Origin: Lama guanicoe
Lineage: Eukaryota
DNA length: 34,308 nt
Direction: 5' to 3'
NCBI GenBank assembly: GCA_013239625.1
Contig: MU053934.1
Location: forward strand, 12,745,413-12,779,720
The position numbers and the translations under genes are program-made. Positions 22,785-34,290 of this stretch are shown piece by piece. A model generated the notes under the pieces. The model was given only the letters and a program-made list of their open reading frames with translations, made no database searches and had not been told where the DNA came from. Each line of letters opens with the position of its first letter. Within the stretch, counting starts at the first letter, position 1.

Positions 22785-23825
22785 GGAGAAGAAAGAGACA
22801 ACCACAGACTAGGAGCAGATCTGTGCAAAACACGCACCTGGTAAAGGGATGGAATCCAAAATACACAAGAAACTGAATACTGAAAGGCGAGTGCTCTCAG
22901 TTCAACACCGAGAGAACAGCCTGATTAAAAGTGGGCAAAAGATCTAAGCAGACACCTCAGCAGAGAAGATATTTATCTGGTAACTGAGCACAGGAAAAGC
23001 CGCTCCACACCTAGGTTGTCAGGGAAATGCGAATCAGGACAACAAGGAGGGCCAAAACCCAGAACATGGACAACACTGGATTCTGGTGAGGATGCGAGCA
23101 GCAGGAGCTCTCATCATTGCTGGTGGGAGTGCAGGAGGCCCTGGCCGCTTTGGAGACAGCTTGATGGTTTTCCACAAAACTAAACGTGCTCCTGCCACAT
23201 GGCCCAGCAGCGGTGCTCCTTAGTAGCTACCCAAAGGAGCCGAAAACTCATGTCCACACAAAAGCTGCACATGGAAGTTTACAGCAGCCTCGTTCATAAC
23301 TGTCAGAACTTGGAAGCAACCAAGACGCCCTTCAGTAGGTGGTGGATAAATTAACTGTGGTGCATCCAGTGGAACGTTACTCAGTGCCAGAAAAAGTGAG
23401 CCATCCAGCCATGAAAAGACCTGGGGAGCCTTAACTGCATGACACTAAGTGGCAGAAGCCGATCTGAAAAGGCTACACACTGTATGACTCCAGCTCCACG
23501 ACATTCTGGAAAAGGCAGAACGACGGAGACAGTAGAAGATCAGGGGTGGCCCGGGGTTGGGGGACGGGTGAGGAGGGGAGCTCAGAGGATTTCAGGGCAG
23601 CGAAACCACTCTGTGAGACACTGTCACGCTGGACACATGTCATCCTACATTTGTCCAAACCCACAGGATGTACAACCCCAGGACTGAACCCTGAGGCTTT
23701 GGCTACAACAAACATCCAGCACAAAGATGTTAGTAATCAGGGAAGTTGGGGAGGGGTCAGGGGTATGTGGGATCTCTGTTTTCACTCAGTTTTTCTATAA
23801 ATCTAAAGCTGAATTTAAAAAATCT
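22785..23825 (+). mobile_element. L1 (L1MB/MC-like) ORF2 end and 3' UTR
   Basis: agacaaccacagactaggag..; aagtgggcaaaagatctaagcagacacctc; ttggaagcaaccaagacgcccttcagtaggtggtggataaa; 3' tail ending tctaaagctgaatttaaaaaa. Confidence 0.85.
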
Positions 23826-23839
23826 ATTAGTTTAAATTA

Positions 23840-24790
23840 AGGCAAATAAGGCCAACTCCCAGCAAGACTCTGGGCTGCCTGAGGGCTAAGGAGGCTGAGG
23901 GGTCTCGGAGCCCCTCCCCGCTGGGTGGCACGTGGTTCAGTGAACGGGGAGATTGTGGGTCAGCAGAGACCACAGGGCCACCTGCTGTAGCTGAAGTGCA
24001 TGTGAACCGGGGTGAGGGGGAGCTGGGGAACGTGTCTGGTGGATGGGGACGTGGCTCGGCCCCGCCCTGTGCTGCACAGTGAGCCTCAGGCCCGGTGGGC
24101 GAAGGTGCACCTCCCTCAGCCTGGGCTCCTCTTGGCTTTGAGGGTCTTGGGGACATGGAGCTGGGTTAATCCCAGCCTCTGGTTACAAGTACGTGATGTC
24201 CTGGGCCCACACCAGCCCCATTAACTTCATCCAACTACGTCATCCAAGTTCATTCATTTAAAACTGATGAGCCCGTGCCTCAAGCCCCGCAGCAAGACTG
24301 GAAGAGTCCGTGTGAGAAAAACGGCACCCTCGTCCTCACAGCCCTTTCGCAGGCAGGACACCCTGAGTCCTGACGCTGGGAGTCTTACTTACTAATTCAC
24401 CCTCAGCTGTTTTCCAGAGAAACGCGCCTGCAGGGAGGTCGGGGGGAACTGAGCTTAGATAAGTGAGTGAGGTGCAGACCTTGGGAAGGATGAGTCCCCC
24501 GAGGTGGGTGACGAGACCCACCCCACACCCGTCCAGGAAACGGCCAGCTGTCTACTGAGATCCGACGTCTTCAAAATCAGCAGGACTGTGACGTGGGCTC
24601 CATGGACTCTGGCCTCGTTAGTGGTATTTTCACAAAGGTCAACGCGGGAGTTCCACCAAAGGTCAGGATCCGCCTTCCTCATTGGCGGCTGTGTGGAAAA
24701 GCCTGGGCGTCGACTCTAACCACACGTCCTGCTCACTCTCAGAGGGTTAGATCAGCCCAGACCGTCCACCAGCAACAGAGCAACCTGTCA
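23840..24790 (-). pseudogene. Decayed Mab-21-like unit C (apparently truncated at an L1)
   Basis: With one 1-nt deletion and one stop it reads HVTVLLIL-EDVG..LDGCGV..TSLTYLSS..GEL|gtaagt (donor at 24392), versus MAB21L1 EFEVVLYLNQMG..LPGCAV..TASGYLSA. It shares cagGACGTG (24728) and LLL(A/V)(E/D) with unit A. Confidence 0.5.
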
Positions 24791-25376
24791 GGGGTCCCCA
24801 GTGACTGCGTCAGGGAGGGCTGGCCCCAGAGCCTCAGGCTGCTCCTGCCTTCCCTCCAGGGTAAGAGGGGGGCCGGGGAGCTTCACTGCGGATTCTCACC
24901 AGGTGCCCCTGAGAGGAGAGGAACCTTCATTTAGCCAGCACAGACCCGGGGCAGCGTCTGGTCACTGGGAGGAAGCAGGCGGCACCGCCCAGAGGAAGAC
25001 ACACTGGCCTCAGGGGGCCCAGGGACTTAGCGGGGCAGCAGACATGAGGGCAGAGGAGTGGAAGGTCACGTCACCTCCGGTGGTTTTATTCTCTCTGCAC
25101 CCCTGAGTGCTGTGTGGTAGCAACACTATACTCAGAGATTTGAACAGAGTGGAAGAGGTGTAATCGGGAAGCACATGTCCCTGATTTGAAAGTGGAGGAC
25201 TCTGGGGGTGCTAGGGATGAGATGGAGGGACAGACGGACGGGTGGGTAGACACAGACAGACTCAGAGGCGGAGTTACAGACACAGCTGGCAGACACATGC
25301 ATGTACGCACACACTCATGCACAGATACATGTGACATTTACACAACTTCCTTTCAACAGGTACATTTATCTTTCTT

Positions 25377-26390
25377 TTTTCTTTTTTAAACTTTGCCAAA
25401 CTTCTTTATTTTTTAATTTTTAATTTTTTGGAGATAAAGGTCTTTTTTTTAAATTTAATTTAATGAATTAATTTATTTTTTTACATTTTTTATTGATTCA
25501 TAATCATTTTATAGTGTTGTGTCAAATTCCAGTGTTCAGCACAATTTTTCAGTCATTCATGGACATATACACACTCATTGTCACATTTTTTTCTCTGTGA
25601 TTTATCATAACATTTTGTGTATATTTCCCTGTGCTATACAGTGTAATCTTGTTTATCTATTCTACAATTTTGAAATCCCAGTCTATCCCTTCCCACCCTC
25701 TACCCCCCCCCGTAACCACAAGTCTGTATTCTCTGTCCATGAGTCTATTTCTGTCCTGTATTTATGCTTTGTTTTTGTTTGTTTTTGTTTTTTAGATTCC
25801 ACATATGAGCGATCTCATATGGTATTTTTCTTTCTCTTTCTGGCTTACTTCACTTAGAATGACATTCTCTAGGAGCATCCATGTTGCTGCAAATGGCATT
25901 ATGTTGTCGGTTTTTATGGCTGAGTAGTATTCCATTGTATAAATATACCACATCTTCTTTATCCAGTCACCTGTTGATGGACATTTAGGTTGTTTCCATG
26001 TTTTGGCTATTGTAAATAGTGCTGCTATGAACATTGGGGTGCAGGTGTCATCCTGAAGTAGATTTCCTTCTGGATACAAGCCCAGGAGTGGGATTCCTGG
26101 GTCATATGGTAAGTCTATTCCTAGTCTTTTGAGGAATCTCCACACTGTTTTCCATAGTGGCTGCACCAAACTGCATTCCCACCAGCAGTGTAGGAGGGTT
26201 CCCCTTTCTCCACAGCCTCTCCAGCATTTGTCATTTTTGGATTTTTGAATGACGGCCATTCTGACTGGTGTGAGGTGATACCTCATTGTAGTTTTGATTT
26301 GCATTTCTCTGATAATTAGTGATATTGAACATTTTTTCATGTGCTTTTTGATCATTTGTATGTCTTCCTTGGAGAGTTGCTTGTTTAGGT
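25377..26390 (-). mobile_element. Young 5'-truncated L1 with open ORF2 C-terminus
   Basis: Uninterrupted ORF 25792-26355 ([40 protein letters not shown]). Perfect 14-bp TSD CATTTATCTTTCTT at 25363-25376 and 26391-26404. Confidence 0.95.
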
Positions 26391-26863
26391 CATTTATCTT
26401 TCTTAGTTTAAGGGAAAGAAACCCTGATTTTTACTCTCATCCTCCCTCTCTACTTTCTGCCCTGCCTTCTCCATATAAAGGGAAAGATTGCATTGTCAGC
26501 ATCCCTGTGGACAGAGCCGTGCTGCCTGCCTCCTCCCTTCCTCCCTCCTCTTTCCTGGTGCTAAACTTAACGTCTGAGTTCAGCAGTATTACAGAAAAAC
26601 AGAACGGAGGCCACATCCTGACTTTACCCCCAGGTGGATGCTCACAAACCCGTAACCAAAAGATCAAACCGTCACAATTTCCCAGAAATGCTGACTTTGG
26701 TCTTAAACAAGCATGGTCTTTCTGCAGCTCCATGGCCCCAGACTGCACACACGTGAGAGTATGTGAGGAACACGTATGCATTTCTAGTGACTGGCCATGA
26801 CAGAGAGCCACGGGTCCCTCATTTGGATTTATAACCAGAGCCGGGACTGCTGAGAGCACACTG

Positions 26864-27086
26864 TTTTTTTTTTCTCCCCTATAATTGAAGTATAGTCAGT
26901 TTACAATGTGGTGTCAATTTCTGGGGTACAGCATAGTGTTTCAGTCATACATACACATGCATATATTCATTTCCATACTTTTTCATTATAGGTTACCACA
27001 AGGTATTGAATGCAGTTCCCTGTGCTGTACAGAAGAAACTTGTTGGTTATCTATTTTATATATATTAGTTAGTATCTGCAAATCTC
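26864..27086 (-). mobile_element. Short artiodactyl L1 3' end
   Basis: Poly-T then ttgaagtatagtcagtttacaatgt..tcagtcatacatacac..cagttccctgtgctgtacagaag. Imperfect TSD gcacac(t)gt. Confidence 0.8.
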
Positions 27087-27854
27087 GCACACGTCTTAAT
27101 CACCTTCCAAGTGGCAGTCTATCTGTCTGCAGACAGGTGGTTTCTCACGCAACAGAACATTCCCATCAGGAGACATTCACATCTGACTTTCCTGACAGGG
27201 GTCCTGGGCATGTGACCTTGGACCCTGGGCTCTGGTTCCGACCGCGTTCTTATCCCGACTCAGGAGTAGCTGTTCTTGGGGCCCCACCTGGGGGTGTGTG
27301 TTGGGGGCTCACATGGCATTAACTCACAGGTTTAAAGTTAATTCACACAAAACATGGATGCAAGTGTGTCCAGAGGATCTATGTCCTGACCTACAGGTAA
27401 GAGTGTTTGGTGTTTTGACCATAATCTTGAGACCACTGTCCTGTAGAAGCTTATGCCCAACTCATCTCAAAGGCGCAGGTTTGAGCACCTTCTGCCACCC
27501 CGTAACCATGGAAACAACCTCAGCACCAGTCCGAGACCTCTCCTGGAGTATGAATGACTGCCTTATGCTAAAACTATGGGATTTTGCTTATTTTGAGCCA
27601 TAAGATGTTATAATGTCCAAATGAGATATGTAGGTGGTAAACCATGAAACATTTAAGTCACTACTTCACAAATTTCACACACCAAGTACTGTTAGCTCAC
27701 CTCTAAAAATCCCTATAAATAGGAGACAGTATTTTAAAAATTGGTAAATAAAACTCCACATGGAAGTGAAAAATAAGACATGGTTATTATTATTATTATT
27801 TTTAAAATGTTATCCCATAAGAGTACAGTTGACAGTGAAATTCTATGCCCTGAA

Positions 27855-27874
27855 ACACACACACACACACACAC
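27855..27874 (+). repeat. (CA)n microsatellite
   Basis: acacacacacacacacacac. Confidence 0.9.
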
Positions 27875-29334
27875 AAATACGTGCAGGGGAACATGGTCAT
27901 TAGAAGTATCACCTGTACTTTTCCTACTGAAAGTTCTTCTCTTACGTCAGCATTAGTGCCTCCACCACTCCAATCTTCACTTCAAATCAGCAACAAAAAT
28001 GTTGCTCTTTCTCCAATGTATAAAAAACAGAGGATGCCTTTTACCCCAGTTTTAGTTTATTACAATCCTTTTAGGCCCTGGGAAGTGGAGGAGAGTGGAG
28101 CCTCAGGGTTCCCCAGGGCAGCGGATGGCAGGGGGCTGTGTCCTGAGGTGATGCCCAGTGCGGGGCTGCAGGGACTCAGGTCCCCAAGATCTGGGTCAGC
28201 AATAGGTCTGGGCTCTCAAGATACAAATCAAGCCCCCCCCACCCCAGAATGGTAGGAACCAGACTATGTGTAACAATGAACTTGGGTAGATGTGTATGCT
28301 TGGGGTTGCAGGGAAGACTGAAAGAGAATCTCTGAGTGTGGGGGCTCAGGAATTATAACTAACGAGCTACTCAGATTAGTATTCACTTCATTAATACCCA
28401 TACTCTGCCCAGAGGTGATCCCTTGTAATATTTTAGAATATACTTTCTTTTCTAACTTATTTCATAATTATATTGTTTACTCAACACCTCCAGGTGAATA
28501 AATATACAGCTTCGTCAGCATTTCTAAAAAACAAAAATACAAATCAAGCTTTCCATTAAATGCGTGTTTTCCTGATTTTCTTTGAAGAAATTAACACGAA
28601 ACTCCCTCGGAGGGAAATAACACTGGCTCTTCTGTTTGGTGGGGAGAAGAGTGTGGAGCCAGTTAATCTATTTTGCATTAGTCTTTGTTTTACCAGATCT
28701 TACTTTAATTTAAAATCAATTCACAGAATGTTGGAACATGTAGCGTTCAATAAAAGAGTCATTAGACAAATAGTGTTTTAAGTACAGATGTGCTCAGCCC
28801 TCTGCCGCAGTGCTATTTAGAGGAACAACCTCTGGACTGGCCATTCCAGAAGGATGTGCTGCTTCCTAAATAAAAATTTATCTTCACATCATACTTTGTA
28901 CTAAGTCTCTAGTGATAAAAAGTTTCAACTAAATAATTTAGTGATATTGTGTTGCAGACTTCTTTTCCTCCAGATGCGTTTCAGGGAGGCAAATTTCTCT
29001 GCCAAAATTGAGATCTACTTTTTTGTTGTTGTTAAAATAATATATTTAAGTAAATTTTAAAAAATCAAATAACATCAGTGGCTTATGCTGCAGAATATGA
29101 CGCCCTGGCAGACACCACTCAACCCACGTCCCTGGGCAGGTGCTCCGACACCTCTGCTCAGAGGCCCCCCTGCAGAATGAGCGGGTTAATGCAGGTAAAG
29201 GCTCAGTGGTTTTCTGGCCCCGGTGAGTCTTCACTGAGTATGAGCACCCCCACCCCAGTCCTCCGCAGAGCACCTAACTACTCTCACTGACTCGCCAGGA
29301 CCCACCTCCACTTTTCCAGGTTGGGTCTTTTTAC

Positions 29335-30320
29335 ATGTTCTTAACAGCTTTATTGAGATATATTTTATAAACATACAATCTGCCCATTTAATTCAATGGG
29401 TTTTAGTACACTGGCCCCACAGGTCAATTTTAGAACATTTTCACCACCTCAAGAAGAAACCCCAAGGCCTTTAGCTGTGACCTCATGTCCCCCCTCCCCC
29501 TCAGCCCCAGGCAAGCAATAACCAGATTTCCAGCTCTTCAGATTCCCTGACTTGGTGTCAGTGGATCACATGCACGTGGGCTTCTGCGCCCGCTTCTCTC
29601 ACCGAGTGTCGAAGTGTCAGCGTTCGTCCACCCGGAAGCTTCTTCAGTGCCTGGTCCCTTCCTGAGGTTGAGCAATGTTCCACTGTGGGGGCAGACATCA
29701 CCTGCACCCTCTCACCCGCTGATAATGAGAAGGAAAAGACAGGCTGGGCTAACAAAATAACTCGTAAATCGTGATACGTGTCGGTTTAATGATCTCTGTT
29801 CTGCTGGGCTAACTTGTAAATCTGAAGTTTAGTAAGTGTCGGTTTACTGGGCTAATAAGCTAACTTGCAAATCCAAGCTCAACAAGTGTCAGTAACATGA
29901 TCTGCTCCTAATAGATAAGTTCCATTGTACTGATTCCCTACTTTTGCTGTTCATGCCTTATTGGCTAATAGCCCCATGCTTGTAATTAACCCTATAAAAC
30001 CTCATGCACACATCTTGGAGGTGCTCAGAGCTTCGGAGCAAAAGCCCCTCTGAGCCCGCCGGTGTAATAAATCTCAGTACTCCAACCCTCTGAGTGGTGC
30101 TTGTTTCTTGGTTGGCCTGTCGTTTCCTTAACAATGGCCATTTGGGTTGTTTCTGCCTCCTGGCTCTTGTGGATTTGCTGCTATGAACACTGGACACCAG
30201 CCCTTGTGCAGACATGGCTTCCTTTGTATTAGGTGTGGGCCTAGGACTGGAAATCCTGGATTCTCGGTGACTCTCTGTTTAACCCTCTGAGGAACTGACA
30301 GGCGTTTGGCAAAGTGGCTG
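29335..30320 (-). mobile_element. L1MB-like 3' fragment split by a solo LTR
   Basis: aacagctttattgagatata..ttttagaacattttcaccacctcaagaagaaacc; the sequence resumes after the LTR with atggccatttgggttgtttc. Confidence 0.8.
29726..30133 (+). mobile_element. ERV1 solo LTR (408 bp)
   Basis: TG..CA ends, U3 direct repeats (ctgggctaa..taaatc..gtgtcggttta), reverse CCAAT at ~29960, TATAAAA 29993-29999 and AATAAA 30066-30071. Flanks are ATAA / ATGG. Confidence 0.85.
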
Positions 30321-30379
30321 CTGCTGCTGGTCTTCCTGTGCCATCACATCAGCATCACACCATCATCATGAGAGTTAGT

Positions 30380-30780
30380 GAGCACCGAGTGGGCCAGGCA
30401 TTCTCTGAGCTATGAATAGCCCCAAACCCAACCAACTCCGATTAAAACAGATGAATATCTGCCCGCGATACCCAGAAGTCTGCAGATAGTGTATCTGGCC
30501 TCCCAGGCATCCCGAGGGCCAGGACTTCATCCCTCAGAGTATGGTCATTGTGATGAAAAGATGGCTGCCAGGGCACCAGACATCACAACCACCTCTAAAG
30601 AAGAAGGAGAATGCATGTGGCCAGGTAGCAAAATCCACTCTTCTGTTCCTCTCTCCTGGCACTTCCTGGAGAGAGATGCAGCTTTCCCAGGACCCAGGAG
30701 TCTGTTTCCTGGTGGGATTCACTTTAGATAAAGGGGAGGAGGACAGGCCACAGGGGTCCCAGGGACATTAGCGGCTGGAA
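30380..30780. mobile_element. Old MaLR (MLT1-like) LTR fragment
   Basis: aagatggctgccagggcaccagacatcaca.. and tttcccagga..cccag motifs typical of MLT1. Confidence 0.45.
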
Positions 30781-32679
30781 GCCTCTTTCCATTTCTCTAG
30801 CAGGACTAACAGGTGAGAAGGGGTGGGGCGGGGTCCCTGAGGGAAGTCAGATGAAGCCGCCCCTATAAATAGATGGGGAGGGGACCCGCTGGAACCTTCT
30901 CTGGCCAGGTTTGAGGAGAGACTGGTGCTCACAACCCAGGGCTGAAGCCAACACAAGAGACCCCCCCACTAGGCCCCAGGATGTTGGGGAGATGTCTCCA
31001 TCTCTCTTCATAAATCAGAGAAGGCCAGCTCTGAAATTCCTAAACTCCACAAAGCTCAGTGACTCTCAGCTTGACCATTTTCCTGGGTCATCTCAATTTC
31101 TTAGCAGAAATCTTTGTCCTCCTTGGGATTTGGGAGCATTTACACTTGTCTCTCACCTTGTCATTAGCACTCATGGAAGTGCTGAATTCGTGGAAACTTC
31201 CAGAAGGATCACCCATGCTTCTGAGGAGGATTTTGCTGTGTCTGACATCTCTCAGCCACACCTGGGCTTGTAGACCACCTCTCGATAATTCATCTCACAG
31301 CTTAGTAAATATTTATGGACTCTGACTTCAAAAGAAATCCTAACACGAATACTGGAAAAACCAAGTGTTTCCAATTCAGTGTTTCAAAATCTTGGTTTAT
31401 ATTTTTCTGCAAAGATTTCTGTCTTTCAATGAAATCTTACTTTCTGCTATCGTTTTAAAAACAAGAAAATTAACCTTTAAAGATTCTTTATGTTTTGAAT
31501 ACATGAAGCTTTATAGCCAAAATAAGTAAACTTTCAATTTCATGTTCTCAGAAGCTGTTTGGAGGAGGGGCACTTCTGCCCATGTCTCTGGTTGAGAAGT
31601 CTCAGTGGGGCTAATGGGATGTGAATGGGTTTGCCACACGCTGCCCTGGCGGTGTAGCCTTGTGCAGTCTGGTCTGAGGCAGGGCTCACAGGCTGCACTG
31701 GGATCCCCTTAATAAGGGAGAACTTACAAATTCTCCAGAAAGTAACCAGCCTGCAAGGTTCCCAGAGTCTCATTGCAGTGGCTACAACTTGTTAGCATTG
31801 AAGAATTACTTCCCAACAACTCTTCAGATAAAAACTAAATAAGATAAACAATTTTGTTTTACTTTTAAAAATTAAATTAAAGAATTGTTAAAGATGCTTT
31901 ATTCATTTTACAGACTAGAATATTAAAGTTTGAAGCACTTTATGAAAACCAGTCATTTGCCACCTGTTTTAAAAAAACAGATTTAATTTTATTTTAAGCC
32001 TCAGGATTATTTAAATTTTATCCACAGCTTGTTCAAATAAGTAGCATTTAATTATACAGAAACAATTATACAAGTAGAATTCTAATCTAAAAAGTGCTAA
32101 AAAGGCCATATGGTAACATGGGTACATAAGTCCTATATCCTTGGATGCAAGAAATTCTAGTTTCAGGTGATTTTTCACCTTAAATAATTAGTCTACACTT
32201 ATGGAATTAAACAAAATTGTCACTTGATATTTGAAGATGAACATTTCATGTAAATTAATCTAATAATAGCAACATATCACATTTACAAAACCTCTGTGAT
32301 AATGGTAGCTTGTTCATTTTAAAATCCTGGGCCATGGTTTCTAAGTTCACTGTTTGCTCTAAGGCTCTGATATAAAGTGCCTTATTTTCCTCAGGGGCAG
32401 CTGAGGCCAAGCTTGGGCCCCAAGCTCCCACCCACCTGCTCCCAGCCTGCTGGCGGGGAACCGCTGGGAAGTCCTGCTCCGTCCACTCGTCCTCAGAGGG
32501 AAGACCTGGGGTCCTGTGTAGATAGGTCAGCACAGAGCAGACTGCTGGGGAATCTTGGTTGGATTTTCACAATAAGCTAAGTGGTTAGTCTGAGATTCAT
32601 AGCTTCAGATACATTTGTTTTTAATATTTTGCTCTTGGAATACAAAAAGTGAAGTGTGGTTTTCTATATAAGCAAAGTG

Positions 32680-33385
32680 ACTTAAGAACAAATGGTCGAC
32701 AAAAGGCTCTGAAATACGGGGTATGTTTTCTGTTTGTTCCTCACCCTCCAAATCCCTCTGGGGTGGAAGGGAGTGAATTGACTCTGGTCCAGTTCCCCTG
32801 ACAGCGACTCCCGCTCCAGGATGGTCTGGACTTGGGCCTCCTCCAGCCTCCCCATCATGCTCACAGGCAGGCGGCTGCATGGCCACGCCCTCCAGGGCCC
32901 ACAGCCACATCAGGAGCCCCCCTCTTCAGATCACGTGCCCCCAGGCAGCTGATCACGTGCCTCCCAGCTGTTGCTCACATGTGTCCCAGCCGCTGATCAC
33001 CTGCATCCTGTCCCCTGATCATGTGCCCACCCCTGGCTGATCATGTGTCCTCAGGCCCTTAATTACGTGTCCACGCCCCCAAGCCCCTGATCACATGCTG
33101 TCCGGCCCCTGATCACCTGCGATCCGGAGGCACACTCAGTGCAATGTTGAGGCTCCCACCATGACTGTGATTTCTCTCTGCTTCCTCCATGCCTCTGCTC
33201 TGAGCATTCAGGGGCCCTGTTCCTACATGCATGCCTTTGGATTTATCTCCTTCAGGAGCTGACCACTGGCTTCGTGTAACAGCTCTCCTTCCTCCAGCAG
33301 ATGCTCCCTGGCGGAGGGAGGAGGACTTGTGCTGCACACCTGCGAGCCCTGGGCTGTGAGGACAAGCCCAGAGCAGCTGTGTCAC
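32680..33385 (-). pseudogene. Possible fourth Mab-21-like remnant (unit D)
   Basis: Acceptor ggccag|GTGACAC at 33385 mirrors unit A ggccag|GTGAGCAC at 18044, and the neighbouring upstream DNA is duplicated. Weak peptides: AR..QLLKEI~AR..DVLKEV; RLEEAQVQTILERE~RYEGLEVISPTEFE; FQSLL~FQTLV. Confidence 0.3.
32928..33120 (+). repeat. 22-bp-period minisatellite with E-box cores, 9 units
   Basis: Cores start at 32932, 32954, 32976, 32998, 33020, 33042, 33064, 33092 and 33114: CACGTG x2, CACATG, CACCTG, CATGTG x2, TACGTG, CACATG, CACCTG. Confidence 0.9.
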
Positions 33386-33750
33386 CTGGCCCGCTGAGGT
33401 GCTCAGTGTCAGGAAACTCAGGAGCCAGCAGCCTAGTGGGGGTGCTGGGGACCCTTGGGGACTCAGGAAATGTTCCTTCCAGCAGACAGCCCAGCCAGAG
33501 TGGGGAAATACTGGGGGATTATGGGTGGGAGAGAGTCATCATCTTGTTTCTGGTTTGTGAAGTCCAAGTTGGGGCGGGATGTGAGATGCACCGTGGGGGC
33601 AGGAGCTTTGTCAGGGTCTGATGGAGGGAGCTGGGCACAAGACTGGGTTGGACCACAGTCAAGCCTGTGGCTGTAGAGTGGCATTAGTGTGGGGACTGGC
33701 CATACACTCCGGAGGAGGAGCTGACAGTCGCTGGGGCACAAGGAAAGTGG

Positions 33751-33948
33751 GGGACTGGGAGGCCCCAGGTGTCTGGGCTCAGCAGCCATTGAAGGTAAAG
33801 CTGCCTCCTGGGTTGTGGGGAGCCACACGGTCACAGTCCTGTGAGGAACCTGTCAGCCCCAAGGTGAGATGGGGACACAGTGGTTGGGCAGATGCATCTG
33901 GCTTGGGAGAGGGGTCCAGGGCAGAAGAGGAAAAGGCCAGGTGGGGGC
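33751..33948 (+). repeat. Copy 2 of the dispersed direct duplication
   Basis: Aligns to 18084-18290. Similarity ends where an LTR begins (~33950). Confidence 0.85.
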
Positions 33949-33949
33949 A

Positions 33950-34290
33950 TCACCTTAAATATGATCTTTAGCGAAAAACAAAAGCAAGGCCTTGTGGAGA
34001 GAGGGAGTCATTTATGGCAGGTTATCATGAAATCTCAGTAAAAGAGGGTGTGTTTGTTTATTCAAGATTGAAGTCAGGCCTTCTCCACTGATAGAGTTAC
34101 TTGAGGTTTAATCACGCTTCTGTTTCTGGTACCAAGAGGGACACATCCTTACAAGTGTAGATTTCCCTAATAAATGTAAATGTCACTCACAAAGGGGAAC
34201 CTCTACTCAATTTTCTATGATTAAAAAACAAATTAGTCAGACCAGACTAATCCTTATGCCAAAGAGGGCGGCTTAGTCTGCTCCTCCCGA
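33950..34290 (-). mobile_element. ERV1-type LTR fragment
   Basis: ccttacaagtgtagatttccctaataaatgtaaatgtc..caaagggg and taatccttatgccaaagagg resemble reverse-oriented MER4-group/artiodactyl LTRs. Confidence 0.55.

Noticed and set aside
23930..24590. Scattered motifs SPADFEDV, DSSFPRSA, TAEGEL, SPRFTCTS and PRSLNHVP as direct MAB21L1 matches
   Set aside because: They need many frame switches and unexplained inserts. A nearly single-frame alignment explains the region better.
25792..26355. 187-aa ORF as a host gene
   Set aside because: It is the L1 ORF2 C-terminus.
32928..33120. CRISPR-like repeat-spacer array
   Set aside because: Mammalian context, the period is only 22 bp, the spacers are related to each other, and there are no cas genes.
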